From an uncultured Candidatus Saccharibacteria bacterium (GTDB lineage Bacteria > Patescibacteriota > Dojkabacteria > J137), in assembly GCA_965230975.1 (NCBI GenBank), contig OZ246402.1, positions 573,009-637,008 of the forward strand: a DNA stretch of 64,000 bases, read 5' to 3'. Of this stretch, positions 19,145-29,101 are shown in pieces. Made by a program: the position numbers and the translations under genes. Each line of letters starts with the position of its first letter. Position 1 is the first letter of the stretch. The notes beneath the pieces are model-generated. The model searched no databases, had not been told where the DNA came from, and worked only from the letters and a program-made list of their open reading frames with translations.

Positions 19145-20401
19145 CTATTTTCTAGAATTAGATGAATAAGCTACATAACCTCCAGCTGCAAGTAATATAA
19201 CTAATAAGATTAATAAAATAATCCACCAGTTAATTGCCTGTGCAATGTTGTTATTATAAACCGCAAAGTTTACGCTATCGTTTCCGTTAGAGCTTATTAA
19301 TTCAAATTCAAAAGTATCGTTTCCACCTAGTGTTACATTAGATGATAAGTCACTTTTTTCAATTCTTATAAAATATTTTCCTGGGCATAACTCTGTTTCC
19401 CAGAATCCAATTCTATTAGATTTTACTTTTACAACTTCTACCTCTTTTTCTTCTTGGTCTTTAACAAATATTGTTAAATTAATATCTTGAATTCCCTCTT
19501 CTGCATTCTCTTTTACATTGTTTCTATTTATATCTATAAATACAAAACCTGAAGCCTTTGATCTTTCTAAACAATTAGATGCACTAGTATTTTCTTGTGT
19601 ATCTTGATTAGTATTATTTTCGGTTTGGTTATTTGTATTTTGTGTGTTTGTAGTTTGAGCAGAGTCAATTCTTGGAGCTTGTCCTGAGACAACGATTAAA
19701 ACTGATGCTGTTGCAACATCACCATTTTGGTCAGTAACATTTACTCCGCAAAAGTATTGTCCTGCGGAAAGTGTAATATTATTGCTATTTGCAAGTTCAT
19801 CTGATGTGGTTTGTAAACCGTTGCAAACACCGGTGTATTGATATGTGTAAGGAGTATTACCAGGATTGTTAATATGTGCAAAAACTTTAAATGTTGTATT
19901 TTCGTTTACGTAGATTGTGCCACTGTCGTTAGTTACAGGTGGTACATTACCATATAAAACTACTGTTGGTATAAGGTTGTTTACAACAGGAGGTTCTGGT
20001 TGTGGAGCAGGTGCAGGTTCTATTGTAAAAGTACCATAAGCAAATGCAGATGACTCACTCCAATCCCATACCATTACCATACATTCATGAGTACCAACTT
20101 CTGTTAAAACCAAAGTATCTGTCTCACTAGTTTCTCCGGTTTCGCATAACCAATCGTATGTTAATTCGCCTTCTGGGTATGCATTTTGAACAACCGCAGT
20201 TAATGTGATTGTGCTTGGATAAGTAACAGTTGGTGAAGGAGTAGCAATAATCCCTACACTTAATTCGGGAACTTCCGGTTCGCCTTCGTATTCTTGTGCT
20301 TTAACTACATTTGATTTGAATGTAATTAACAAAGCAAATAGAACCCCAAGGAGTATTGGAAGCTTGAATGCTAGAGCCTTTAAAGAAGACTTACTAAACA
20401 T
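19145..20401 (-). CDS. membrane-anchored surface protein with PKD/Ig-like repeats
   Basis: N-terminal signal peptide, two repeated Cys-containing beta-rich modules, T/N-rich linker, C-terminal TM anchor followed by basic residues. Confidence 0.5.
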   Translation of the reverse strand: MFSKSSLKALAFKLPILLGVLFALLITFKSNVVKAQEYEGEPEVPELSVGIIATPSPTVTYPSTITLTAVVQNAYPEGELTYDWLCETGETSETDTLVLTEVGTHECMVMVWDWSESSAFAYGTFTIEPAPAPQPEPPVVNNLIPTVVLYGNVPPVTNDSGTIYVNENTTFKVFAHINNPGNTPYTYQYTGVCNGLQTTSDELANSNNITLSAGQYFCGVNVTDQNGDVATASVLIVVSGQAPRIDSAQTTNTQNTNNQTENNTNQDTQENTSASNCLERSKASGFVFIDINRNNVKENAEEGIQDINLTIFVKDQEEKEVEVVKVKSNRIGFWETELCPGKYFIRIEKSDLSSNVTLGGNDTFEFELISSNGNDSVNFAVYNNNIAQAINWWIILLILLVILLAAGGYVAYSSNSRK

Positions 20402-20507
20402 AGTAGCTTGTATGTAACAAATATAATAAAGCGATTCTACTATGCAAAGTTATTTTTTCGCAATAATCCTATAGCACGGGAATATAATTACCTGTTAAAA
20501 AGCTTTG

Positions 20508-21677
20508 CTAGCTTACATATAGCAATATACTTTTTAAGTAATCTACTTCGTTGTGGTTAATATTTATTGGATGGTCAAAAGCCAATCTTTGTTTATGTAT
20601 TATTTTTATATCTCTTTTTGCGTCTCTAGCTGCTCTTAAAACGATCTCTTCGTGCATTTCGCGGCTTACATGGTAAGAGCAAGAACATGTTAGTAAAAAG
20701 CTTCCTGCTGGCATTTTGCTTAATGCTAATCTGTTAATTTCTCCATAACCTCGTTTTGCACCTTCTATATCTTCTTTCTTTTTTGCAAATGCTGGTGGGT
20801 CTAAGATTATAAATGAATATTGTAGTGGGTCGTTTCGCAAAAATTCAAATACGTCTTGTGCTATAAATTTGTGATTGTTGCCTGTGTAGCCGTTTAATTC
20901 AAAGTTTTTGCTTGCGTAATCTACTGCGTCTGGGTCTATGTCTATAGATGTTGTTGTTTTTGCTCCATTTCTTGCTGCATATAAAGAGAATCCTCCCGTG
21001 TAGCTAAAGCAGTTTAGTAGGTCTTGGCCTTTAGAAAATTCTCCTACTAAGTGTCGCATTTCTCTCATGTCTAAGAATAGTCCGGTTTTTTGTGCTTTTA
21101 AAAAGTCTATTGTAAATTTTATTTTGTTTTCTAAGACTTCTGTGTCGCCGTTTAATTCTCCGTATAGTATGCCTTCAAAGTTTTCTAGTCCGTCTTTTCT
21201 TCTGGCAGACATGTTTGATTTTTCATATATGCATTTTGGGTTGTAGATTGCTTTTAGTTCTTCTACTACAATTGGTTTTAATTGTTCCATTCCAATTGTT
21301 GCTATTTGGATTACTATTACGTCTCCATATTTATCTACTATTAGTCCTGGTATAAAGTCTCCTTCTCCGTTTATTACACGGTATGTGTTTGTTTCTTTTT
21401 CGTTAAAGATTTTTTTTCGCATTTCTGCGGCTTTTCTTATGTTTTGTTTTAGTGATTCTATTGGGTCTTGGGTGCTAAAGTTTAGCATTCTGATTGCGAT
21501 TACAGTGTCGTTGTTGTAGTAGCCGTGTCCGAGTATTTCGTTGTTGCCACTTACGACTTGGACTATTTGTCCGTTTTGAGCGTTGGGTTTTCGGGCAATT
21601 GCTCCGTTAAATATCCAGTGATGCCTGTGTTTTATTGGCATTTCTTTACCTTGTTGCAAAAAGACTTTTTGATACAT
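20508..21677 (-). CDS. class I SAM-dependent rRNA methyltransferase (RlmI/RlmK-like)
   Basis: N-terminal PUA-like region, SAM-MTase core with DPPAF motif (ILDPPAFAKKK). Confidence 0.7.
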   Translation of the reverse strand: MYQKVFLQQGKEMPIKHRHHWIFNGAIARKPNAQNGQIVQVVSGNNEILGHGYYNNDTVIAIRMLNFSTQDPIESLKQNIRKAAEMRKKIFNEKETNTYRVINGEGDFIPGLIVDKYGDVIVIQIATIGMEQLKPIVVEELKAIYNPKCIYEKSNMSARRKDGLENFEGILYGELNGDTEVLENKIKFTIDFLKAQKTGLFLDMREMRHLVGEFSKGQDLLNCFSYTGGFSLYAARNGAKTTTSIDIDPDAVDYASKNFELNGYTGNNHKFIAQDVFEFLRNDPLQYSFIILDPPAFAKKKEDIEGAKRGYGEINRLALSKMPAGSFLLTCSCSYHVSREMHEEIVLRAARDAKRDIKIIHKQRLAFDHPININHNEVDYLKSILLYVS

Positions 21678-21827
21678 ACAGAAACCTATAAACGATAAAA
21701 TTGTGAGCTTAAAGCCTGGTGTATTTTAAGATAAATAAAGTATAAATGCTATAGACACTGATATGTGGCGACAAACGGCTATCCAAAATGCTATAATGCA
21801 AGCAGTATAAATTAATATAGAATTATT

Positions 21828-23486
21828 ATGCAGGATGACCCTAAAGAAAAAGGAGAAATAAGTATAGAAATGAAAATAGCATATTTCATGTCTATTTATG
21901 GCTATATAAGACAGATGGTAGCAGAAGATAATATAGTAAATGACTTCTCGTTGGATAGTGTAGCTAAAAGAATGAATTTATTGAGTATATTTAACCATTT
22001 GAGAGTGTTTATAACTAAACATAATGAATATGCAAATGAACCTGGTTTAATAGAAAAAAATTTGGAGTCTATAGGTATTACTTATTCGGCAGATAAGTCA
22101 AGGATAGAAACTATAGCTTTCGACAGAAAATCTATGAATCCTCAAGCCAGAGCTTTAATCGAATATTATGATGACAATAGCATTAGCTCAATAAGTCTAG
22201 TGTTTAATAAGGTTCATACTGCAATAGTTACTCCAGTTTATTCAGAAGAAGAGGAAATACAATCTTTTAAAGTAGAAATGTCGACAGACTATGATAGTGC
22301 CATAGGGCCTAGTATATACCCAGAAATTACAATACCGGCAGGCTCACTAGAAGAATTAATATCGTATTTTTTCCCAAGTGATGATAAAGAAGCACGAAAT
22401 TTAAAAATTGAAGAATTAAAGCAGAATAAAGAACTATTTTTAGAATTTAATGTTGATACAATAGAATCTTACAAACGAGGAATTATTTTTAATACATGGG
22501 AGGATTTAAGAGAAGCTCTAATTATTTATGGAGAGGGCAAGTTTGTAAAAAGAGGTGCTAAAAATAAATTGGACTTAGAAAATGAAGCTTTTATTGATGC
22601 CACACCACCTGAATCAGATGTGAGAGAACTAACACAAACATTTTTATCGGCAATAAGGTCTACTTCTACCGACAGCGTAAGTGATTTTGTGGATGCATAT
22701 TTCCCATTTAAAGCGAATTTTCAACCTGGCGAGGTTTATGAGCAATACTTTGATTATGGGGAAATGGGTCTTTGGTCTAACAACTTTTTTAAATCAACTA
22801 TAAAAATTACCAAGACTGAAGATGGCAGATATATTTTAGAGGCTTGGGCTGGCTCTTCTGGGGATTCTTTAGAGAAAAGATTAGCAGAATCTCTTTTGAC
22901 AGAGAGAGTTGCCCTAGATTCTACAGTTAGAGTATATTTTCCTACAATTGATAATTATTTTTGGGTTGGTGGGTTAGATAAAATTCAAACCGAGTTGGCA
23001 AAACATGGTTATGTTACACCATATCAGTTTACACATCTTATTTATACAGAAGGTATTCCTTTGGGTTTGGTTCATTCAAAAGAAAAAAATACACTTGAAT
23101 ATAATTACGTATATGATTCTAATAAAGTAATAATACCTATTGTTCGAGAAGGTCTTCCGTTTAATATAACACTTGAATTAGTTATGCCAAGAGAATGTAG
23201 GGCTGGTTATACTCTAGAACAGTCTGAAGAAGAAGGTGAAAAAAGTTATAAACCCGAGGTATATGATAACTGGACTATATCAACAGATGGAACAGATATA
23301 AATGGGACAATAATTAAATCTGGTAAGGGAGAAGTTCATTTACCGTACATTAAAATTCGAGTCTTCCCAAATATTAGGGATTTTCTTGACCAAGAAGGTG
23401 ACCCCTATTCTCAAGAAGTAGCAAGGGCACAAAGACGTATTGTGAAAGAGGTCGCTACAATAATTGCAGGAGTCAAACTTAATTAA
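21828..23486 (+). CDS. hypothetical protein (552 aa)
   Basis: Long ORF with typical local codon usage; no recognised motif. Confidence 0.5.
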   Translation: MQDDPKEKGEISIEMKIAYFMSIYGYIRQMVAEDNIVNDFSLDSVAKRMNLLSIFNHLRVFITKHNEYANEPGLIEKNLESIGITYSADKSRIETIAFDRKSMNPQARALIEYYDDNSISSISLVFNKVHTAIVTPVYSEEEEIQSFKVEMSTDYDSAIGPSIYPEITIPAGSLEELISYFFPSDDKEARNLKIEELKQNKELFLEFNVDTIESYKRGIIFNTWEDLREALIIYGEGKFVKRGAKNKLDLENEAFIDATPPESDVRELTQTFLSAIRSTSTDSVSDFVDAYFPFKANFQPGEVYEQYFDYGEMGLWSNNFFKSTIKITKTEDGRYILEAWAGSSGDSLEKRLAESLLTERVALDSTVRVYFPTIDNYFWVGGLDKIQTELAKHGYVTPYQFTHLIYTEGIPLGLVHSKEKNTLEYNYVYDSNKVIIPIVREGLPFNITLELVMPRECRAGYTLEQSEEEGEKSYKPEVYDNWTISTDGTDINGTIIKSGKGEVHLPYIKIRVFPNIRDFLDQEGDPYSQEVARAQRRIVKEVATIIAGVKLN

Positions 23487-23573
23487 ATTCCTTTTTGATT
23501 TTAATAGATTAACTGATTTTTATCTATCCTTAATTCTTGTTTCTTAGTAAAATCCTTTGGTTTACCAAAGTTT

Positions 23574-24371
23574 ATGTCAAGAAATCTTCGCTTTGGTGAT
23601 GGGTTTGTTATTTCTCATGTTAGCCCTGAATACAGGGCAGATATTTTTCACTCTTTAAATTCCGGTTTTATTAATAAAGATTCTTTGTTAGAGCTTCAAT
23701 CTAAGGGTCTTACCCGAATGCTTTTGACTTTGCTTGTTGTTATGGTTTTTGTTCTTTCAAGATCCGATGTTTTGGCAAGGTTTGGTGGAGATGTTCATTT
23801 GGCTGTTCAAAGTATTTTAAGTATTCAACCTTTAACTTACAGGAATCATGTTACTAATATTAGGTCTGTTTTGGGTGTTGGTTCTACTTTTGCTTTGTTT
23901 GTTTATTCTTTTTTTAGGTTGGTTAATGTTAAAGAGGGTGGTTTTCAAGATATTGATTTTGCTACATTTCAGGCTAGTCGTATTAAGATTTTGTTTGATG
24001 ATTTTAATGTTTCAGATTCTTTGGTTAGAAGTTACCTTTTGTTGGCTTTGCGTTTTGAGTGGGTTAATTGGGATAGGTATTCGGCTTTGGTAGAAGAGTT
24101 GGAGTTGGATTTTTTTGAGGAGGTTTTGTTGTGGGTTGTGCTTATTTTGCCTAATGATGAGGAGTATTGTAATTACAGGTTTATTGCTGGTGTTTTGAAT
24201 AAGTCTGAATGGTTTGTTAGTAAAAGGGTAGATGAGTTTTATAAGAAGATGAATAGGCTGGTACCGGGTAAAACCCCAGAAACAAGATCCAGCCCACTAA
24301 TGCTATTTACGGCACTACTACATTATGGAGTGTATACAGGGAATTACTTGAAGGGGGTAGGAGAAGGGTGA
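23574..24371 (+). CDS. ORF with atypical composition: extreme GT skew and alien codon usage; hypothetical protein or hypermutated gene
   Basis: Strong third-position T periodicity (GTT, GGT, TTT, GAT). Leu mostly TTG and Arg mostly AGG, unlike the rest of the window (TTA, AGA). Plus strand is about 8% C against about 22% G (hand count of a sample). Confidence 0.35.
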   Translation: MSRNLRFGDGFVISHVSPEYRADIFHSLNSGFINKDSLLELQSKGLTRMLLTLLVVMVFVLSRSDVLARFGGDVHLAVQSILSIQPLTYRNHVTNIRSVLGVGSTFALFVYSFFRLVNVKEGGFQDIDFATFQASRIKILFDDFNVSDSLVRSYLLLALRFEWVNWDRYSALVEELELDFFEEVLLWVVLILPNDEEYCNYRFIAGVLNKSEWFVSKRVDEFYKKMNRLVPGKTPETRSSPLMLFTALLHYGVYTGNYLKGVGEG

Positions 24372-24450
24372 TTTTTATTTCCTCTAAAGTGTCTGGAAAA
24401 ATCTTTCAAATCAATTTTATTAAATATGCAGACGGTGTCTGCAGAATTAG

Positions 24451-24524
24451 AAAATTTCAAACTGTGGGATAATTTCAAAATTCTTCAGTACAAATTTCGA
24501 AATTGTAAGGTTTTTGTAAGATTT
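24451..24524. repeat. 74-bp conserved promoter-proximal element, copy 2
   Basis: Aligns with 7261-7334. Preceded by the 7-bp inverted repeat tgcagac-ggt-gtctgca (24427-24443). Confidence 0.6.
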
Positions 24525-24526
24525 GA

Positions 24527-25573
24527 TTGGTAATATTAAGGTATATGAATACTGTGAATAATTATAACCTTGTTCTGAAAAGTATTAAGGAAAAAATAAT
24601 TGAATCCCAAAGTCGTGCTCTTAGTTCTGTTAATCGTATATTAATAGATCTATACTGGTATATAGGCAAGCTAATCGTCGAAAAACAAAGTAAAGAAGTG
24701 TGGGGTAAGTCCATTGTAGAGCAGTTATCAAAAGACTTGCAATCTGAATTCCCAGGAATAAAAGGGTTCTCGGTTAGAAATCTTTGGAATATGAGAAATT
24801 ATTATTTAAGATATAAAGATAATACAATTCTGCAGACACTGTCTGCAGAAATTTCATGGAGTAGTAATATACTGCTATTGAATAAATGTAGTAACGATAA
24901 GGAGTTGGAATTTTATTTGCAAATGACAAGATCGAATTCTTGGTCTGTAAGGGATTTGGAGTATAGACTTAGGAGTAATGAGTTTGATAATTTTATTCAG
25001 CATCAGAGCAACTTTTCTAGTACGCTTAACTTTAAAGCAAGTAGTTCGATCAAACTTAAGGACGAATATAATTTAGACTTCTTAGGTATAAGGGAAGACT
25101 TTGCAGAAAGAGATTTGGAAAGTCTTATTGTTAAGAAAATTGACGCTTTTATAAAAGAATTTGATTGCAATTTAATGTTTTCTGGTAGGCAAGTCAAACT
25201 AGAGTTTGATGAAGAAGAATTCTTTATAGATCTTCTTTTTTACCATAAACTTTTAAGGTCATATATCGTTATAGAGCTTAAAACAACTCGATTTAAACCT
25301 GAATTTGCCGGAAAGATGTCCTTCTATCTCTCGGCAGTCGAATCAAAATTGAATCAATCCGGTTACGATAACCCTGCAATCGGAATAATTTTATGCAAAG
25401 AAAAGAATAGGAATGTAGTTGATACCACTCTTAAATTTATTACTAGACCTATTGGCGTCGCAACTTTCTCTGTTTATGAAAGAAATACTCCTCTACCATC
25501 AGATATTTCAAAGTATCTACCATTAACCGAAGAGGTAGAAAATAAGCTACTTAAATTGGCAGATATTTATTAA
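24527..25573 (+). CDS. DUF1016/YhcG-like PD-(D/E)XK nuclease family protein
   Basis: C-terminal core FIDLLFYHKLLRSYIVIELKTTRFKPEFAGKMSFYL matches the YhcG pattern. An internal near-perfect palindrome ctgcagaca-c-tgtctgcag lies at 24830-24848. Confidence 0.65.
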   Translation: MVILRYMNTVNNYNLVLKSIKEKIIESQSRALSSVNRILIDLYWYIGKLIVEKQSKEVWGKSIVEQLSKDLQSEFPGIKGFSVRNLWNMRNYYLRYKDNTILQTLSAEISWSSNILLLNKCSNDKELEFYLQMTRSNSWSVRDLEYRLRSNEFDNFIQHQSNFSSTLNFKASSSIKLKDEYNLDFLGIREDFAERDLESLIVKKIDAFIKEFDCNLMFSGRQVKLEFDEEEFFIDLLFYHKLLRSYIVIELKTTRFKPEFAGKMSFYLSAVESKLNQSGYDNPAIGIILCKEKNRNVVDTTLKFITRPIGVATFSVYERNTPLPSDISKYLPLTEEVENKLLKLADIY

Positions 25574-26829
25574 TTCACCCTCAACAAGTGTTCCCAGTTA
25601 GTTGTATATTGAGGGCTGCACATCTCTTTTTTATTCCTCCACGGCTGCTTAAGCCCACTAGACGCATACTTAACAACCTCTCTACCATAAGTCGCATTCA
25701 AGTTATCAAACTGCTTCATCAAACTCATCTTCTTATTATAAGTATCATCACTCTCAAACAAATCTAGCGGAGCCTGAGAATCCGGAACCAAACCAAGCAA
25801 CATAATCGTAGCCTTCTTATACCTAAACCCAGGCTTAAAAATAGAATGCAAAGCAGCAAAACCCGTCTTAATCAAATCCGGATTATAAGCAGTAGGGCAC
25901 TTGGTAGCCACAATCGCATAGTTAAAATACTGAGGCAAATCTTTACGGTGCATATTAGTCTTAATAGACACATACACAAAACTAGCCAAAGAACCTTGCT
26001 CGCGTAATTTTTCTGACCCACGAGTAATATAACTAGAAACCGCCTCTTCTAACCCTTCTATAGTATAAACAGGTTTACCAAACGTACGGGAACTTAAAAT
26101 ATTCTTTCTAGGCGCTTTGGTTTCTAGGTTCAAACAAGGAATCTCTTTTAACTCTGTAGCGATACGTAATTCGGTAACACTAAAGTTCTTTCTAAGCCAC
26201 ATTTCGTTACAATTTTTAAACTGCAAAGCGTTGTAAATACCCAATTCGTTTAGCTTATAGCTTGTCTTTCTACCTACACCCCAAATCTCTTGTACGGGAA
26301 GATCTTTAAGAAATGCGTCCTTATCTTGGACTGAATCCCAGTAAAACACACCACTCTTTGTTTTCTTTTTTGCTACATGATTACAGATTTTTGCTAAAAC
26401 TTTTGTTGGTGCAATACCAACACTGACTGGGATTCCGGTGGATTTTAGAATATCTGTTCTCATTTTGATACCAAAATCAATATAGTCTTTTTTTATATCC
26501 AAACTATCCATTGATAAAAAACTTTCATCAATAGAGTATATTTCCATTTGTGGTACATACGAATTTAGTATACGCATAACTCTATGGGACATATCTCCAT
26601 ACAATTGAAAGTTGGCAGAGAACACCTGAACATTATGAAGTTCTACCATGTTACGTAATTCATGTATTGGAGCACCCATTGGGAGCCCAATATCTTTTGC
26701 TTCTTGAGAACGGGCAATAATGCAACCATCATTATTAGACAAAACAACAATAGGTTTGCCTATTAATTTAGGATTAAAAACTCTTTCACAAGATGCATAA
26801 AAGTTGTTACAGTCTACTAAAGCGTACAT
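25570..26829 (-). CDS. Y-family DNA polymerase (UmuC/DinB-like)
   Basis: N-terminus MYALVDCNNFYASCERVFNP (hVDxDxFFASxE signature); 419 aa. Confidence 0.85.
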   Translation of the reverse strand: MYALVDCNNFYASCERVFNPKLIGKPIVVLSNNDGCIIARSQEAKDIGLPMGAPIHELRNMVELHNVQVFSANFQLYGDMSHRVMRILNSYVPQMEIYSIDESFLSMDSLDIKKDYIDFGIKMRTDILKSTGIPVSVGIAPTKVLAKICNHVAKKKTKSGVFYWDSVQDKDAFLKDLPVQEIWGVGRKTSYKLNELGIYNALQFKNCNEMWLRKNFSVTELRIATELKEIPCLNLETKAPRKNILSSRTFGKPVYTIEGLEEAVSSYITRGSEKLREQGSLASFVYVSIKTNMHRKDLPQYFNYAIVATKCPTAYNPDLIKTGFAALHSIFKPGFRYKKATIMLLGLVPDSQAPLDLFESDDTYNKKMSLMKQFDNLNATYGREVVKYASSGLKQPWRNKKEMCSPQYTTNWEHLLRVN

Positions 26830-27142
26830 GTTTTTTAAGTGCTATAATCCCTATTGTACAAAGTGTATACCAATAAATTTAATAAGTATTTGCATGAGTT
26901 TTTTACTTGGGATAGATCCAACAAAGTTTAGGAATAGATTAAATACAGAAAAATCATTACCAGAAAGTTTTAACTTTGATGGTTTAGAAAATAGAGCATA
27001 TAAAGCATTGTTTGTATTGGTTGATAAACTTAAAACCTTCAAATAAGATTTACCTTTAGAAGAGCGAAGTGATGGATTAAGGCTTAATGGTAAATTTGCC
27101 AACTATAGAGCTATTCATTTCTTAATTCAACAATATTTACAG

Positions 27143-27439
27143 TTGTATATGTATGTTACTCAATTTCAAGAAAAAACCCAGGCTATATTAATTACCTCCT
27201 TTGAACCAGATTATATAGATATAAGAAATGCAATTAGCTTTATTGACTACACTCATATACCAACTAAAAGTAGAGATTCAGAATTTTATAATCACACAGT
27301 TTCTATTCAATATTTAATATTCTTAGCAGTAATGCTTTCTATGGGAGTAGATCTAAATGCTTTAAGAGAGAATCTTGTAAGCGTTATAGAAATTTTAGAG
27401 AACCCTGAAAAAAGTCCTAATATCATAGAAGAACCCTAG
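27143..27439 (+). CDS. hypothetical protein
   Basis: ORF only. Confidence 0.4.
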   Translation: MYMYVTQFQEKTQAILITSFEPDYIDIRNAISFIDYTHIPTKSRDSEFYNHTVSIQYLIFLAVMLSMGVDLNALRENLVSVIEILENPEKSPNIIEEP

Positions 27440-27446
27440 TTTCTAA

Positions 27447-27911
27447 TCAAGCCTCTTCTGTACTAATTATAGGCATCAATTGCAGTTGATTATTTTCTAA
27501 TCTAATATCTCCAGAAAAGTATAATTCCCCACTTGGCGATATTATGCCGATGTAGTGAGGTGCACAGCGAATCCCAGAATATCCACCATCAACATAAAAT
27601 ACTACAAATAAATTATTACTTTTAGTTTTGGCATAATTTTGCAGAAGTTTAGTAGCCATGTTAATCGTTACTCCTTGAGGTAAATCAATAATCTTTAAGG
27701 GGTTATCGAATGTCCCATCTCCTCTTACCGTAATATTAAAGCCACCATCTCTATCGTATAAAGAATATACTTCTTTATGTGCATACATTTCGTTTGCTAG
27801 TTTAATTGTTTCTATTGGGTCTATTTCAACTAATGGTGTATCTAATTCAACGAGTGTTCTTCGTAGGTATTCTTCTTCATATATAGTCATACCTGGAATG
27901 GAATTTGACAT
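27447..27911 (-). CDS. hypothetical protein
   Basis: ORF only. Confidence 0.45.
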   Translation of the reverse strand: MSNSIPGMTIYEEEYLRRTLVELDTPLVEIDPIETIKLANEMYAHKEVYSLYDRDGGFNITVRGDGTFDNPLKIIDLPQGVTINMATKLLQNYAKTKSNNLFVVFYVDGGYSGIRCAPHYIGIISPSGELYFSGDIRLENNQLQLMPIISTEEA

Positions 27912-28007
27912 AAACTAAATTTAAAAAATAATGTGGTGATTATAGTTAAGGTTTGAGAAATTGTTAGTGAAGTTGACTTCACTTCATCTATTCGCTAGAC
28001 TTTTGAT

Positions 28008-28679
28008 ATGTTTGACCTCCACTACATTCAACTAAGAACAATAGAAGAACTTTTATTCAAAAAAGAGGCTACTTTTACACAGTTAAATGCTTTAAATTTA
28101 ACTAACGATCACTTTACCTTTCATATAAAGCAATTAATAAAACGAGGTCTTATAGAAAAGGTGGATGATTTATACAAACTTACATCTTCGGGTTTAGAAT
28201 TAGCAGGGCGATTAAATACAAATAAAGGGACTATATATAATCAAGCCAAACTGAGCATATTAGTAGGTATATTTAGAGAAAACAATGGAACCTTAGAGGT
28301 CCTACTATCTAAAAGAAAACGAGACCAATCAATTGGAAAAATTGCTTGGCATACTACAAAAGTAGATATTGGAGAACTATTAAAAGATTCAGCTAATAGA
28401 TGTTTAAAAAACGAGACCGGATTAACTGGAAACCCTGAATTTGCAGGAGTAACTCATGTAATTAGAAAAGATGAGAACAATTATGAAATAGATGTGGTAT
28501 TAGTAGATTTTCTTGTATTAAACCCAACTGGAGAATTAATTACAGAAACTCCAGATCAAACTAACTTTTGGATTAGCTATGAAGACGCTTTAAAGTTAGA
28601 CAACACACTTGTTGGAATGAAAGAAAAGCTTGAAGCTTTCAAGAATAGACAAATCACTTTTAACGAATACATAAACTAA
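28008..28679 (+). CDS. winged-helix DNA-binding domain protein with a degenerate Nudix-like C-terminal domain
   Basis: N-terminal wHTH-like segment (TFTQLNALNLTNDHFTFHIKQLIKRGLIEK); C-terminal GELLKDSANRCLKNETGL resembles a degenerate Nudix box. Confidence 0.35.
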   Translation: MFDLHYIQLRTIEELLFKKEATFTQLNALNLTNDHFTFHIKQLIKRGLIEKVDDLYKLTSSGLELAGRLNTNKGTIYNQAKLSILVGIFRENNGTLEVLLSKRKRDQSIGKIAWHTTKVDIGELLKDSANRCLKNETGLTGNPEFAGVTHVIRKDENNYEIDVVLVDFLVLNPTGELITETPDQTNFWISYEDALKLDNTLVGMKEKLEAFKNRQITFNEYIN

Positions 28680-29062
28680 GTTGCGTGAATAACATAAGTT
28701 ACAACACCCCAAATTTGATTCCCTTCCGCTAATTTTATTGGATGGTAGTTTGGGTTTTCTGGGCATAAAAACTCTCCATTTGCGCTTTTAACATACCTCT
28801 TTACCGTAAACTCATTATCTATAACACCAATAACAATATCCCTGTTTTTAGGCTCTTTAGATTTATCTACAATAAGAATATCATTAGGAAAAATCCCAGC
28901 TTTAATCATAGAATCTCCAGAAACCTTTACAAGAAAAGTAGCAGCCGGGTGGGGAATTAAATATTCGTTTAAATCTAAAGACTTATCTAAAAAGTCATCT
29001 GCAGGTGATGGAAATCCGGCTTTAATTGTTGTTAAAAATAACGGTAAAGTTACCATACACAC
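28676..29062 (-). CDS. S24 peptidase, UmuD/LexA C-terminal domain-like (no DNA-binding domain)
   Basis: Ser-Lys dyad context SGDSM...KRY, 128 aa. Confidence 0.75.
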   Translation of the reverse strand: MCMVTLPLFLTTIKAGFPSPADDFLDKSLDLNEYLIPHPAATFLVKVSGDSMIKAGIFPNDILIVDKSKEPKNRDIVIGVIDNEFTVKRYVKSANGEFLCPENPNYHPIKLAEGNQIWGVVTYVIHAT

Positions 29063-29101
29063 ACAATAAGTTAGGGGATACCATTTTTCGCAAGAGTTTT
29101 G

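Noticed and set aside
23848-24093. Second open frame in the GT-skewed segment
   Set aside because: The open frame follows from A and C depletion, which removes stop codons. It overlaps the main periodic frame.
26804-27102. Two mutually overlapping small ORFs on opposite strands in the Y-polymerase upstream region
   Set aside because: Both cannot be real. Neither has motifs. The region more likely holds the polymerase promoter.
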